Of a DNA stretch of 64,000 bases, positions 19,426 to 34,400 are shown piece by piece. The stretch spans positions 1,184,001-1,248,000 of the forward strand of contig OY776510.1 in the NCBI GenBank assembly GCA_963675665.1, given 5' to 3'. Positions within the stretch are counted from its first letter, which is position 1; every line of letters begins with the position of its first letter. The position numbers and the translations under genes are program-made. The DNA comes from Spirochaetia bacterium (GTDB lineage Bacteria; Spirochaetota; Spirochaetia; UBA9216). A model generated the notes under the pieces. It ran no database searches and was not told where the DNA came from. It saw only the letters and a program-made list of their open reading frames with translations.

Positions 19426-20389
19426 AAACTCCTGGTTTTTCTCAAACAGACATTATCTGATACCGGTTTTTCTTTTGGCTGCCGCAGTAAACGCCGGAAT
19501 CGCAATTGCCTTTGCGTTTGCGGCTATAGGCATTTGGGTCCTCAATAAAATGCGGGCCAGGCTTCCGATTGATTCCAACCCCGAACAGGAAGCCGAAACT
19601 ATAGTATATCGGACCACAGGAAACACCGGGCTGCGGCTTGATTTATGGAGGCCCGCCGGCGGCAGACCCGGAGCAGCAACAATTATTTTTGCCCACGGAG
19701 GGGGATGGATTAGCGGTTCGCGCAATCAGCCCAATAATGTTTCATGGTGCAGATTTCTTGCTGACAGGGGGTTTTCAGTCGCCTCTATAGACTACCGGTT
19801 TGCATATACGAATAAAATGGAGGACATTATAGATGATTTTTCCACAGCAGTTGATTATATAAGGGAAAACGCGGGCGCGCTGGGACTTTGTAAAAAACTG
19901 GTTTTAATGGGATTGTCCGCGGGGGGACATCTGGCTTTATGTCATGCCGCTTTTAATACATTCAGTCAGGGGAAAACCGCAAAGAAAGCCATGGAAGGTG
20001 TTTGTGGTGTGGTTGCATATTATTCTCCTTCTGATTTGGCGGATCTGTTTTCACCGGACGATAAATCATTCTTTGCCCGCTTCAGCGTCGGAACCGCCAT
20101 GAAGAGTTTTCCTCGATTTGATGAAGAATCGTATGAAAAATATTCGCCGGTTAACAGTTTCACAGAGCGGATGGTTCCGGTAATGGCCGTGCACGGCAGG
20201 CTTGATGAAACAGTGCCGTATTATTCATCGGTGAAAATGATACGAAAGCTGAAGGAACTGGGCGTATCCTGCCGGTTTCTTGTTCACAAGACCGGGGGAC
20301 ACGGTTTTGAGGTCCGCCTGAAAGACTACCGGACAACTCTGATTCTTGAAGAAACGGTAAGATTTATAAGGACGCTGACGTCCGGCTGA
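19406..20389 (+). CDS. Membrane-anchored alpha/beta hydrolase (HSL-like esterase/lipase)
   Basis: HGGGW oxyanion motif, GLSAGG nucleophile, HG..D..VP, GHGF; N-terminal TM. Confidence 0.9.
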   Translation: MNLRRIKNSWFFSNRHYLIPVFLLAAAVNAGIAIAFAFAAIGIWVLNKMRARLPIDSNPEQEAETIVYRTTGNTGLRLDLWRPAGGRPGAATIIFAHGGGWISGSRNQPNNVSWCRFLADRGFSVASIDYRFAYTNKMEDIIDDFSTAVDYIRENAGALGLCKKLVLMGLSAGGHLALCHAAFNTFSQGKTAKKAMEGVCGVVAYYSPSDLADLFSPDDKSFFARFSVGTAMKSFPRFDEESYEKYSPVNSFTERMVPVMAVHGRLDETVPYYSSVKMIRKLKELGVSCRFLVHKTGGHGFEVRLKDYRTTLILEETVRFIRTLTSG

Positions 20390-20402
20390 TGATACAGCCG
20401 GA
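20381..20402. terminator. Hairpin between convergent genes
   Basis: TCCGGCTG-ATGATA-CAGCCGGA; no strong U-tract. Confidence 0.45.
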
Positions 20403-20409
20403 TCAGGGA

Positions 20410-22212
20410 CTAATTTACAGTCAGAACATACCAGTCGATATCCGAATCTGCAAGGGCGCGGTTATATATTCCTCCCACCCCTATATTGACGGGACTATCC
20501 GGGACTCCGTCCGTCATCGAATCATCGCTCTCGTAACTGTCTATCCAGGGAGATTCGGCAGGATTTGTTTCGGTAAAATAGCTGTAGGACGTTGACGGTT
20601 CGCTTACTATCCTTATTCCGTAGGGGCCGATCTGGTTTGATGACGAGCCGCGTACTTTAATGTAGTAGGTGCCGGGGCTTAACCCGTCAGGGAAATCAAT
20701 ATAGGAATATAATAAATGGCTCGGGTTGGAGTTATCATCCGCCGAAAGAGCTCCCGCATCATCATAGGGTGTTTCCGGAGCGGGATCACCGTTTGAATCG
20801 AATACGGCTATGCAGGTGTCAGTATATGTAGTATAGAGTCCCGTAGGTGAAAAAGTTTCAATTACGATACGACTGCTGTCGGAGATTATGCTGACGATGC
20901 CGCTCAAATAATTATTATCTTCGCTGCTTTCTTCAATTTCGGAATCGGCATCGGCAACGGCAAAAATATACCATGTACCTATCACGTCGATTGAGAAAGA
21001 TGTGCTCCATACGTCGTCGATATAACTGCCCGCAGGGATAGAGCCGATGGATTTGCTTCCTATCAGGGTGTCTTCCGTGATATCCAAAACTTCATCTGTG
21101 CTCAGATAGTATTTTAAAGTACTTTCGCCGGAATCTGCTGTGTCGTCTATATTCGATACTCTTGCACCAAGCTCCCATATATCGGAGGGCAATTTGGATG
21201 TGTCCGGAACAGTTATTGATGTAATTGTCAGATCGGGCCCGGTTTCGGGTTCCGTGTCCTGATTAATGGTGAGAACCCCCCGCCGGAAGTCAATTCCGGC
21301 TGTCGCCGTTGTTCCCGACTGGTCAGTTCCCCGAACCAGATACATTTCATTTTCTTCGTCATAGTTTATGCTTTCGGCTTCTGTCAGGTATGTTTCAAAC
21401 CAGTCCAGGAAGAACAATCTTAAACGGTTTAATCTTCGTGAACGGAAATCCGGTCGTCGTTTTTCGTGACCGTAAGGGAAGGGGGCTTTCTTTATTCCTA
21501 TAACACGGGCCCTGCTTACGCTGTACTCTATATCGGCATCCGGCTTCCATAGCCTCCAGTACACTCCTACCGTGGTGCCGGGATCAATAGTCCATTTGCC
21601 GCGGGTGAAGCCTTCTTCATGAACAGCGTTGCCGATTACCATTTTTCCGTCATCGCTGATGCCTGCTACTTCATAGGTCCAGCCGAAACTGTTTTTGAGG
21701 TAGTTCATTCGCTCTGCAGAATCGGGCAGGACGGACGTTCTGTTTTCTGTTTCTTCATTCCATGGAGAATGTATGCTGTCGTCTTTGTGAATTTCCCAGA
21801 TTCCGGGCAGACCGTCCTCGCGTTTGCCGACTATAATTGCTTTAACCGCTGTATCGGGGGTGTCTTCGGGGCTTTCGGGAGGCGTCAGGACGGCAATATC
21901 GACAGCCTCGATACATTTAAAAACCTCTCCGGATGATTCGTCTATGCTTTCTATATCGATATAAAGCCCTTTTTCATTTATATATACGCCTTGAGTCCGG
22001 CCGGTGTCGGTGTCTATAGATAGGGTTCCGGTTTCAGTAGTATTCTCTGCGTCAGCTGCAGGGTTTAAACCGGTTGCGGTCCCGGAATCGCCAGATATTT
22101 CGGTTTGTTGATTCTCCTGAGTTAGAAGGTCTTCGGAAAGCTGAGGCATTGCACATGCCGCTAAAAGAAAAATAAATGAAGCAAATATGTTTATTTTACC
22201 TTTAATTTTCAT
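20410..22212 (-). CDS. Lipoprotein with CARDB (Ig-like) and PPC-like C-terminal domains
   Basis: Lipobox LLAA-C; CARDB pattern PDLTITSI...ADADSEIEESSEDNN; PPC-like DT.IAVFDSNG...LSPGTYYIKV...D.DWY. Confidence 0.75.
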   Translation of the reverse strand: MKIKGKINIFASFIFLLAACAMPQLSEDLLTQENQQTEISGDSGTATGLNPAADAENTTETGTLSIDTDTGRTQGVYINEKGLYIDIESIDESSGEVFKCIEAVDIAVLTPPESPEDTPDTAVKAIIVGKREDGLPGIWEIHKDDSIHSPWNEETENRTSVLPDSAERMNYLKNSFGWTYEVAGISDDGKMVIGNAVHEEGFTRGKWTIDPGTTVGVYWRLWKPDADIEYSVSRARVIGIKKAPFPYGHEKRRPDFRSRRLNRLRLFFLDWFETYLTEAESINYDEENEMYLVRGTDQSGTTATAGIDFRRGVLTINQDTEPETGPDLTITSITVPDTSKLPSDIWELGARVSNIDDTADSGESTLKYYLSTDEVLDITEDTLIGSKSIGSIPAGSYIDDVWSTSFSIDVIGTWYIFAVADADSEIEESSEDNNYLSGIVSIISDSSRIVIETFSPTGLYTTYTDTCIAVFDSNGDPAPETPYDDAGALSADDNSNPSHLLYSYIDFPDGLSPGTYYIKVRGSSSNQIGPYGIRIVSEPSTSYSYFTETNPAESPWIDSYESDDSMTDGVPDSPVNIGVGGIYNRALADSDIDWYVLTVN

Positions 22213-22479
22213 TTTGTAACCTCTTTACCATACTTAAATAATAACCCAATATCTGCATGTTTTCAATCAGGAATCATTTTAAAACAGTCAGTGTCCGGGC
22301 CGGATAGTCCCCTGTTATGCCGTTTTATAGTAAAGCTTAATATGCCGATCTGATAAATAAAGCGATTTAGTTTCAGGAATTAAACATATACAGTTGATTT
22401 AAATAAATGTCCTTAAAAATTGCGGTTTTTAAGTTATAATGATAAAGAAATACAATTGAAAATATTGCAGGGGATAATA

Positions 22480-25400
22480 TTGAGCAGATTCCGTAAAATT
22501 AGCTTTGCCTTGATCTCTTTTTTTATCGCAAGCACCTCAGCTTATACTCTCGATTATACCTGGACCGGAGGCGGGGCTGATGATTTATGGTCTACCGACG
22601 CCAACTGGGATCTTGCCGGATTTCCGGACGATGTAACCGATACCGCAACTATTAACGAGACAGCAATTAACGGAATACCCCAGATTGATAATAACTATAC
22701 AATTAACGCAATTACGGCAGCAGACGGAACGGATATCGATGTTTCGGGAGGCCCCTGGAACCTTATTGTCAGCGGTGACGTTACACTCGGAACGGGAAGT
22801 CTTTCCGCAAGTATCCGGATTGTTATTAATGCCGCATCCACTCTCAGTTCCGATCGTACACTCGAGGATCTGCTTGTCGGAGCTGCAGTTGTTTTGGGAA
22901 CGGATCTTGCCCTGAACGGAGATCTTCAAATCTCGGCAGGTTCTCTGACAACCGGCGCACATTCGCTGGCAGTCGGCGGCACATGCACGGTAGGAGCAAC
23001 TCTTGTCGCTTCCGGGCAAACCGCCGCTGAAGCGACGACCCTGACGGGAGATCTTACTGTTACAGGAACTTTCACTGCAGGAGCCGGAGATATTAACGCC
23101 GGATCTGATGTTGTTTTTACAGGCGGAACATTTACTGCCGGAACAGGCACGTTTAATTTTACCGGCGGGAACGTACAAAGCGTTACAGCAGCCGGCCAGT
23201 CTTTTAACGCGATTCATGCCGGCAAGACAGGGGGTAGTCTGACCTTTTCCGACGCCCTGACCGCATCAGCCGTAACTACCGCGGCGGCGGCTTATGATGT
23301 TGCGTTTAACGGCGCAACCACGACGGTAACGGCCGATGCAAACTTTCTGAACACGGGGACCGTAACCTTCGGCGACGACGGAGACAGCCTCACCTTTACC
23401 GGGGGCCTTTCCACAACGGCTGTGACCGGCGGAACAAATCTTTTCGGAACAGTTTCAACAACTGATACGCAGATGGATCTCGGCGCAGTTACTCTTGACG
23501 GTAATTCAACCGTCGTGGCCGGAACCGGGGCAATAAACATGGCATCGGCGACGGACGGGGCCGGAAGTTTTTCACTGGATCTGCAGAACGGCGCAGCAAC
23601 CGGAACGGTGACGTTTACCGGCAATGTAACAATAAATGATCTGAATACCTTTTCAAGCGGATATTCCGTTGTTTTTCAGGGTGCTTCGAATACAATCGAC
23701 ACTGATACGGACTTTTTGAACACAGGCGGCCTGACCCTCGGCAACGGCGGCGACAGTCTTACCTTCGACGGCGGGCTTTCCACAACGGCTGTAACCGGCG
23801 GAACAACCGTCAACGGAGATATAATTACATCCAACGATCAGATTGATTTCGGGGCCGTGACTTTGGGCGGGGCCTCTGTGATAGATTCCGCCGGCGCAAT
23901 AATCAATATAACCTCGGTGACCGGGGCCGGAAACACCCTCGGGCTTGACGGAGGGGCTACCGGCGCAATAACGGTCAGCGGAGCGGTTGATAACATATTA
24001 CTTCTCACGGTGACCGACAGCGCGAGCATGACCTTTGCAGGAACGGTCGGCGCAGGAACTTCCGGTGCTGTAACGCTGACCAATACCGCAGGAACTGTAT
24101 CTTTTCAGAATAATACTGATATAACGACCCTAACAACAACGGGACAGGGATATAACCTGTCGTTTACCGGCACAGCCACATCGATAAGCAATACGGCAGT
24201 ATTCAACAACACCGGCACGCTTACCCTCGGTAATGCCGGCGATACGCTGACTTTTCCCGGGGGACTTGATTCTTCCGGCGGTCCGGTCGGGACCATTTCC
24301 GTCGGAGGAACAATAAATGCAAACGGCGGAAATGATATAATCCTCGAGTCGGACGACACCATTACAGTGACTGCACCCATGAGCGTAAACGGCGCCGGCA
24401 CGGTCAGTCTCAGCGCCGCCGACGGTATCAGTCTTACAGCCGCAGAAAGCGATATTTCAACTGTCGGCAGAACAGTTACGATTAACGCCGACAACGACGG
24501 GAATAATACCGGCGACTGGACACAATCCGACGCAGGATCGGCAGTGACGAGCTCGGGAGGGGCCGTGTCGATAACGGCTGCGGATATTGCGTTGACAGGT
24601 ACAATCAGTTCCGGCGCCGGGGATATTACCCTGCGTCCGTCGACCGACGCCCGAACAATTGCCCTGAACGACGCAACAGGCAGTTTTTCGCTGGATGCTG
24701 CGGAACTGACGCAGCTTGATTCCTCCGGAACGGTTACCGTCGGACGCACAACCGGAACGGGCACAATAAGCGTCGGTTCGGCGGGAACGCTGAATCTGAG
24801 CGGTGAGACTTACGACCTGACGCTTGAAGGCGCGACATCCGTTACCGACTTTAATTTTGGAGGCGGTAATACGCTTACCCTTGTAAACGGCGGAACTTTA
24901 GATCTTGCAGCCGGAGGAAACGTGACGGCTTCAGGTGTGACCGATGTGACTATTTCGGGCGGGACCCTGCAGCTTTCTTCGGCAGGCAGCGTAACACTTG
25001 TTACCCAGGTTGCTGATCTCGGCGCCGGCACGACTACGGGAGCTGTCGATCTCACCAATACCGATCTCAGCCTTGATGTAACCGGCGCCTTCTCTGCGGG
25101 AAACAACAGTATAACAGTAAACACAGGCACCGGCACCTTTTCCAATTCAACAGGAACTTTTTCAGCCGGAACCCAGTCGGTATCGATAACGGCGGATGAT
25201 GTTAATCTGTACCAGACCCTGACGGGTACCGCGGGCGTTACCATCCAGGCTTCCACCGCCGCCCGGACGATTGATATAGGTACGGATTTAAACCTCGGGC
25301 TGACGGACTCCGATCTCGACAATATATCAACGAATATTCTGACTATAGGTGATGCCCTGGCCGGAGCGGTAACCGTAAGCGCGGCTGTCTCTCCGTCGTC

Positions 25401-28400
25401 GGCAGCTACCCTGCACCTGGTAAGCGACGGCGGGTATACCGACGGCGCCGGAGGCACAATTTCAGTAACGAACCTTGCCGTCAGCGCAGGGGGCGATGTT
25501 GTTCTGGATGCCGGACATTCGGTATTAACGGTTGCAATAAGCGCCCCCGGGCAGGCAATAACCTTTACTGAAGCCGACGGATTTACAGTTGGAACGGTGG
25601 CCGGGGTAGCCGGATTTGACGGAAGCACCGTAACAATAACGGGCGTCGACGGTCATGTTGCCGTTAACGATACGGCCGCAGCCAATGATATTAACGGTAC
25701 GGGCGCAGTTTCCTTCATCCTGCAGGGCGTAAACCGCAGGCTGACTGTGGACGCAGGCGCGGATATTGAAACAGCTGCGGACGGGCTGATTATTGAAGCG
25801 GACAGGATGACCCTGAACGGTTCCGTAACCGGAACAGGCCAGTCAGTAGTGTTGCGGCCCCATACGGCGGGAAGACTGCTTGACCTGGGCGGAGCGGATG
25901 TCATTGCTACGACCCTAGGTCTTACGGATGCCGAGCTTGATAACGTAACGGCGGGAGTTCTTACCATCGGAAATGCCGCAATGGGGGCAATAGACGTATC
26001 GGCGGCGGTTTCCCCCGCCGGAACAAATACCCTTCACCTGATCAGTGATGAGGGCTTTACCGACGATGCGGGGATTACCGTTGCCAATTTAGCCGTTGAC
26101 GGAGACGCGGCTGCAGTACTCGATGCGGGGCATGACGTGGATACCCTGGCCTTTATCCTTACCGACAACGGCGCGGGTTTTACCTTCGTAGACACCGACA
26201 CTCTTGCTGTAGGATCAGTTGACGGTGTAACGGGGGGCGTTACCAACAACGGCGCAATCTCAATTTCTACCCAGGACGGAAGTCTTACTGTAAACCAGGC
26301 GATCAACGCGGGAACACAGACTGTTCAGCTTGAAGCCGGCGAGTCGGTAGAAGGAACCACGGCAAACCTTGTTCTTGATGCGAATATCACCGGCAGTTCG
26401 GTCGCTCTGATCGCAGGAGACGCGCTTAATCAGACGGGGGGTGCGATATCGGCCTCTTCACTTGGAATAGAAGCGGAAACCGTTACCGCGCTGACCCCGC
26501 CGGCAAACCTGTCGACCCTTGCGTTCAATATCACAGGGGCAGGAAATTTCACTTTTACGGATCCTGATGACTTTGCCGTCGGAACGGTAGGGACCGTAGT
26601 AGGCGGAACAACGGCCGACGGAAATATAAGCCTGACTGCTACCAACGGAACGATAACCGTATCGGATAATATAACAGCGGGGGGGACCGGGACGGTTTTA
26701 CTCGATGCAAACGGCGGAACATCCGATATTTCAGTCGGGGCGGTAATAACCAGCAGCAGCGGGATAATTACTCTTAATGCCGATAACGACGTCGGTTTCG
26801 GGGCAGCCGGGTCGATTTCCTCAACTTCCGGAAATGTATCGGTAACAGCCGATGCCGATGCGGCCGCAACAGGAACCAGCGGCGCTGTAACCATGAACGC
26901 CGCATCCTCCGTGAACGCCGGAAGCGGAACCATAAGCCTTTCCGCCGACGAGGGAATTACGCTGTCCCTGCTGCAGACAACGGACAATACGGGAAGCGCC
27001 GTAAGCGTAGTTTCGGGCAACGGAGCGATTGAAGAGGACGGAGATGCCGGGATTGACATTGTCGCCAATTCCGTCGGCGCTGAGGTTACCCTTCAGGCTG
27101 ATACCGGAATCGGGAACGGGGGAACCATTGAGACACAGGCGGCGGCAATAGACGCCCTTAACGGAACAACCGGAGCAATTCAGCTTGATGAAGCCGACGG
27201 ACTGATTATTCTGCAGGCACGGAATGCCGGCGCAGGGGCGATAACCATCAGTACTGCAGGGACAACAACCGTTCAGGCTGCCGGAGGCGGCGTCGTAACC
27301 GGAGGAACCGATGCCGTATCAATCAGTGTCGGCGGCGACGCCTCTCTGACGGTAAATGACGCTGTTGCCTCCGGAGGAAACACAATAAGTCTCAGCGCCG
27401 ATGACGATATAATTTTCGGGGCCGACGGAGACGTCAGTTCAAACGGCGGCGTTGTGACAGTAACTGCCGATAACGACAATGACAATAACGGCAGCGGCGG
27501 CGCTTTGAGCATGAACGACAATACTCTTGTAGACGCCGGCAATGCTGCAATAACATTTAGCGCAGATGAAGATATAACACTCGGTTCAGTTGTAACTACC
27601 GGGGTTGTGGTTGTCGGCTTGACATCCAAAAACGGGGCCGTAGTCGACGGCGGCGATTCTCTTGTCGATGTCGACGCCGCGGCGGCAACCCTGAGTATTG
27701 ATGCTGAAACCGGAATCGGGGACGGCGGCGCAATCGATACGATGGTTGACGTCCTCGATGCTGTAAACGCGACATCAGGGGCCCTTCAGGTGACGGAAAC
27801 AGCCGCAGGAGGGGCGCTGCAGGTTTATCAGGCAGCCCAGAGCAGCGGAGGCAATGCAGTAAATGTGCAGACCGTCAACGGAGATCTTACGGTCACTGCC
27901 GGACAGAGCGGAATCAGTGTGTCCGGCGCGGCTACTGTTACGCTGACGGCCGGAGACAACGACGCTTCAAATGACGATGATCTGATAATCAACGATACCG
28001 TAACGGCCGGAAGCCTGCAGATAACCCTGACATCCCAGTCCAATGACGTAAGATTTGGCGCCGACGGAGACGTAAGCACTGCCGGCGGTGAAATTGAAGT
28101 GAACGCCGGTGCTGCGGGCGCCGGGCTTGTTACCCTGGCAAACGGAACAGTACTGAACGCAGGCGCCGGGCTTATTGATATTAACGGTATCGGAAACGTC
28201 ACCCTCGGACGGCTTGTTACGTCCAACAATACGGCTTCAGCTGTAGATGTTCTGAGCTCGGCCGGGCAGATAATTGACGGCGGAAATTTGGGCGGGGCGG
28301 ACATCGCAGCGACCTGGGCAAACGCCGTAGTAAACCTGAATGCCGCCGGAGCAATAGGCGTCGGGGATGCAATTGATACGGACATAGTTACCCTTACAGG

Positions 28401-31400
28401 ATCGACCACAGCGGCCGGAAACGTGGAAATTTCGGAGACCTCGGATATAACGATACAGTCTTTTACCGTGTCAAACGGATCTTTTACGCTTGATGCCGGC
28501 GGGGCCGTGACGGCAACCAGCGTTGTGCTTTCTTCCGATGCTGAATTAAACGACATCAGCATCGCCAGCGGGGGCGGCGGAAACATCACAGCCGGAATTC
28601 TTACTGCCGGAACGGGGACTCTTAGCGATGTATCGCTCAACAGCGCCGGGATCGTAACCGATGCAGCCGGCAAGATTACGGCGCAGGTACTTACCGCCGA
28701 TGCGGCCGGCGCGATGACCCTGGATACAACAGCGGTAAGCATAGATGCAGGAGCCTCTGCAGTCGGGAATATTATTATTACGGAAACCGACGCGGTAACG
28801 CTTACCGATATCGATACGAGTAACGGAGACATAACGGTAACGGCTGCGACAGGCAATATAAACGCAGGCGCGGTGGACGATCTGGACGGGGGAAATACCG
28901 TAACTATAACAGCCGATGACGGAGCGATAAACGGCGTGAGTCATGACGCGACAGCAGATATCAGCGCGGCAACTATAACCCTGAAGGCGGACAGCGGCGG
29001 CATCGGAACGGGAACAATACTTGATGTAAATGCGACGGTTCAGCTTAATGCCGATACGACAGTTGATAACGGAAGTATTCTTATTGAGGATGTGACCGGA
29101 AACCTGCCGATCGGTACCATGACAACCGGAGGCGCGCCAGGAGATATCACTCTTTGGGCTGATAATGCTGATCAGGACGTAACAGACGCAACCGGCACGG
29201 TCACCTGCGGGGTCCTGACAATCAGGGCCGGAGGAGATATAGGCGCGTTGACAACCTTTTTCCCGGAAGCAGGTTTTACTCCGATAAACACAACAGCATC
29301 AAACCTTGATCTGCGTTCGGGAATAATAGCCGGGGCCGGCTCTGTAATAGCCGTCAGCGACAGTGCATCGCCAGGGCTGACCCGGGTGGACGCATCGCCT
29401 GCTGCCGCGGGAACCGCGCTGATCAAGGCGGTTGTAAACCTTACCGGAACTGCAACAGCCGGTTTTGAGGCTGCCGACGACATCGGACTGGTATCGACCG
29501 GCGGAGCGGGGACCGTTACCGTTCCTGCCGGAATGGATGCGGACGACCTGCGACTTGATGGAAACGATCTGGCCGACAGCAACGGCGGCGATATTGATCT
29601 TGATGCGCTGAACTATCTTCTTAAATCCGGCGGAGCGGAAAGTTTTACGATAACAACTGCCGGGGGCTGGATAGACGCCGAAACAACCGGCGCTTTGTCG
29701 GTAACAAACGACGGCGGAGCTATAGTTGTAGATGATAATACGACAAGCGGGTTCGGGCTTCTAACAACTGCCGCCGGCGATGTTGTATTTAATTCGAGCG
29801 GCGATATAAGCCTGACTACCGACGGAAATATAAGCGTAAACAACGGAAATCTTACTATTTTGGCTGATTCCGATGATTCTAACGATGACGGTTCTTTTAT
29901 TATGGCCGCAGGTTCCTCGATAGATGCCGGAACCGGCACAATAGAAATAGACACAAGGGATGAAATAACGCTGACAAGCCTTGTCTCTACGAACGGAACA
30001 GCGACTGCTGCCGATATCTACAGTGAAAACGGGAACATTGTATTCGACAGCATCACGACCGGGGCCGCAGGCGATATTACACTAGTCACGGATGCCGGAT
30101 CTGTAAACGAAACAGACGATGTCGGAGTGGATTTGAGCTGTAACGATCTGGTTATCACTGCAAGCGCCGAGATTGGAAGCACGGCGACCGATCTTGATAT
30201 AGAAACAGACGTTGATACGATGAATATAAGTAGCACCTTAGCCGGGGATATAGTGATAACAGAGGCCGACGGGGTAACGCTCAGTGATGTTGATACGGTA
30301 AACGGAAATATAACAATAACTGCCGGTGCAGTCTCTGTCGGAGATGTTGATGCTCCCGGGCGGTCTATTACTTTAACGAGTTCGGCCGCAGTAAATGATG
30401 CAGCAGCTGATGCTGTTACCGACTTTTCGGCTACCACACTTATAATCAACGCAGCCAGCGGTATTGGAAACACCGCAATTCTTGAAACTGAAGTTGATAC
30501 ACTCGATATTGATAACGGCGCTGGAGCAAATGACATCGTAATTGATGAAACTGACGCTGTAATAATTATCGATGCTGAGCAGTCTACGGGGGGTGCAATA
30601 GATATTTCCACTGCTAACGGTACCATTACTGTCAATGGCGCAATAAATGCCTCCGGCGCCGGTAATATTGTTCTGACAGCCGGCGGACTTAATAATGATC
30701 TTGATATCAATTCAAATATAGACGGCGGGACCGGTCAGATATCTTTGAGTCCTGCTGATATTATATATCTTGGTGGTGATGTTACTACTACCGGAAGTGA
30801 TATTGATTTCAATGCGCCGACAATTGTTACGGATGATACTGCTTATAGCGTAAGTACTGGAGGGCTATCCGCCGGTAATATCACTTTTACATCTACACTT
30901 GACGGTGATGATGCAAACTTTAATGATAGTCTCGTCTTGACCGCAGGAACAGGCAATATCGACTTCCAGGGCGCCGCAGGCGTTGCCAATGATATCGGCG
31001 ATGTGGATATAGTAAGCGCGGCAGATGTGACAACAGCCGCCGCCGGGTTCCGGTCCGACACGTTTTTACAGCAGGCGGGAAGCGGGACGACGACGCTGAA
31101 CGGAGCGATGATAATAAACGACGCCGGTGTCGGAGCCGGGACAGCTCTTGATATAACTGCTGTAAACATACTGGTGAACGATACGATAACGACGCTGAAC
31201 GACGGGCCTGCGACCTTTACGGTAGCAACGCTACTGGATGTGGCGCCCGGGGCAGACATGAACCTTGCCGGGGCATTTCTGCAGGATGGAGCGGGGAATG
31301 TGCAGACTGCCGGGAACATCATAACCTCCAACGATGCAGTAGACTTCACCGGAACAGTGAGGCTTACCGACAGCGAATCTGTTGTAATAAACAGCGCCGG

Positions 31401-34400
31401 CGGAGACATAACCTTTGCCGATACTCTGGATGCGACAACCGATTTTGACGAGGATCTGCAGCTGACGGCTGCCGGGGGAAGCATCGACTTCCAGGGCGCC
31501 GCAGGCGTTGCCAATGATCTCGGCGATGTGGATATAGTAAGCGCGGCAGATGTGACAACAGCCGCCGCCGGGTTCCGGTCCGACACGTTTTTACAGCAGG
31601 CGGGAAGCGGGACGACGACGCTGAACGGAGCGATGATAATAAACGACGCCGGTGTCGGAGCCGGGACAGCTCTTGATATAACTGCTGTAAACATACTGGT
31701 GAACGATACGATAACGACGCTGAACGACGGGCCTGCGACCTTTACGGTAGCAACGCTACTGGATGTGGCGCCCGGGGCAGACATGAACCTTGCCGGGGCA
31801 TTTCTGCAGGATGGAGCGGGGAATGTGCAGACTGCCGGGAACATCATAACCTCCAACGATGCAGTAGACTTCACCGGAACAGTGAGGCTTACCGACAGCG
31901 AATCTGTTGTAATAAACAGCGCCGGCGGAGACATAACCTTTGCCGATACTCTGGATGCGACAACCGATTTTGACGAGGATCTGCAGCTGACGGCTGCCGG
32001 GGGAAGCATCGACTTCCAGGGCGCCGCAGGCGTTGCCAATGATCTCGGCGATGTGGATATAGTAAGCGCGGCAGATGTGACAACAGCCGCCGCCGGGTTC
32101 CGGTCCGACACGTTTTTACAGCAGGCGGGAAGTGGGACGACGACGCTGAACGGAGCGATGATAATAAACGACGCCGGTGTCGGAGCCGGGACAGCTCTTG
32201 ATATAACTGCTGTAAACATACTGGTGAACGATACGATAACGACGCTGAACGACGGGCCTGCGACCTTTACGGTAGCAACGCTACTGGATGTGGCGCCCGG
32301 GGCAGACATGAACCTTGCCGGGGCATTTCTGCAGGATGGAGCGGGGAATGTGCAGACTGCCGGGAACATCATAACCTCCAACGATGCAGTAGACTTCACC
32401 GGAACAGTGAGGCTTACCGACAGCGAATCTGTTGTAATAAACAGCGCCGGCGGAGACATAACCTTTGCCGATACTCTGGATGCGACAACCGATTTTGACG
32501 AGGATCTGCAGCTGACGGCTGCCGGGGGAAGCATCGACTTCCAGGGCGCCGCAGGCGTTGCCAATGATATCGGCGATGTGGATATAGTAAGCGCGGCAGA
32601 TGTGACAACAGCCGCCGCCGGGTTCCGGTCCGACACGTTTTTACAGCAGGCGGGAAGCGGGACGACGACGCTGAACGGAGCGATGATAATAAACGACGCC
32701 GGTGTCGGAGCCGGGACAGCTCTTGATATAACTGCTGTAAACATACTGGTGAACGATACGATAACGACGCTGAACGACGGGCCTGCGACCTTTACGGTAG
32801 CAACGCTACTGGATGTGGCGCCCGGGGCAGACATGAACCTTGCCGGGGCATTTCTGCAGGATGGAGCGGGGAATGTGCAGACTGCCGGGAACATCATAAC
32901 CTCCAACGATGCAGTAGACTTCACCGGAACAGTGAGGCTTACCGACAGCGAATCTGTTGTAATAAACAGCGCCGGCGGAGACATAACCTTTGCCGATACT
33001 CTGGATGCGACAACCGATTTTGACGAGGATCTGCAGCTGACGGCTGCCGGGGGAAGCATCGACTTCCAGGGCGCCGCAGGCGTTGCCAATGATCTCGGCG
33101 ATGTGGATATAGTAAGCGCGGCAGATGTGACAACAGCCGCCGCCGGGTTCCGGTCCGACACGTTTTTACAGCAGGCGGGAAGCGGGACGACGACGCTGAA
33201 CGGAGCGATGATAATAAACGACGCCGGTGTCGGAGCCGGGACAGCTCTTGATATAACTGCTGTAAACATACTGGTGAACGATACGATAACGACGCTGAAC
33301 GACGGGCCTGCGACCTTTACGGTAGCAACGCTACTGGATGTGGCGCCCGGGGCAGACATGAACCTTGCCGGGGCATTTCTGCAGGATGGAGCGGGGAATG
33401 TGCAGACTGCCGGGAACATCATAACCTCCAACGATGCAGTAGACTTCACCGGAACAGTGAGGCTTACCGACAGCGAATCTGTTGTAATAAACAGCGCCGG
33501 CGGAGACATAACCTTTGCCGATACTCTGGATGCGACAACCGATTTTGACGAGGATCTGCAGCTGACGGCTGCCGGGGGAAGCATCGACTTCCAGGGCGCC
33601 GCAGGCGTTGCCAATGATCTCGGCGATGTGGATATAGTAAGCGCGGCAGATGTGACAACAGCCGCCGCCGGGTTCCGGTCCGACACGTTTTTACAGCAGG
33701 CGGGAAGCGGGACGACGACGCTGAACGGAGCGATGATAATAAACGACGCCGGTGTCGGAGCCGGGACAGCTCTTGATATAACTGCTGTAAACATACTGGT
33801 GAACGATACGATAACGACGCTGAACGACGGGCCTGCGACCTTTACGGTAGCAACGCTACTGGATGTGGCGCCCGGGGCAGACATGAACCTTGCCGGGGCA
33901 TTTCTGCAGGATGGAGCGGGGAATGTGCAGACTGCTGGGAACATCATAACCTCCAACGATGCAGTAGACTTCACCGGAACAGTGAGGCTTACCGACAGCG
34001 AATCTGTTGTAATAAACAGCGCCGGCGGAGACATAACCTTTGCCGATACTCTGGATGCGACAACCGATTTTGACGAGGATCTGCAGCTGACGGCTGCCGG
34101 GGGAAGCATCGACTTCCAGGGCGCCGCAGGCGTTGCCAATGATCTCGGCGATGTGGATATAGTAAGCGCGGCAGATGTGACAACAGCCGCCGCCGGGTTC
34201 CGGTCCGACACGTTTTTACAGCAGGCGGGAAGTGGGACGACGACGCTGAACGGAGCGATGATAATAAACGACGCCGGTGTCGGAGCCGGGACAGCTCTTG
34301 ATATAACTGCTGTAAACATACTGGTGAACGATACGATAACGACGCTGAACGACGGGCCTGCGACCTTTACGGTAGCAACGCTACTGGATGTGGCGCCCGG

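Noticed and set aside
31364-34183. Six near-identical 64-aa minus-strand ORFs at 525-bp spacing
   Set aside because: They are a by-product of the tandem repeat, not a gene array.
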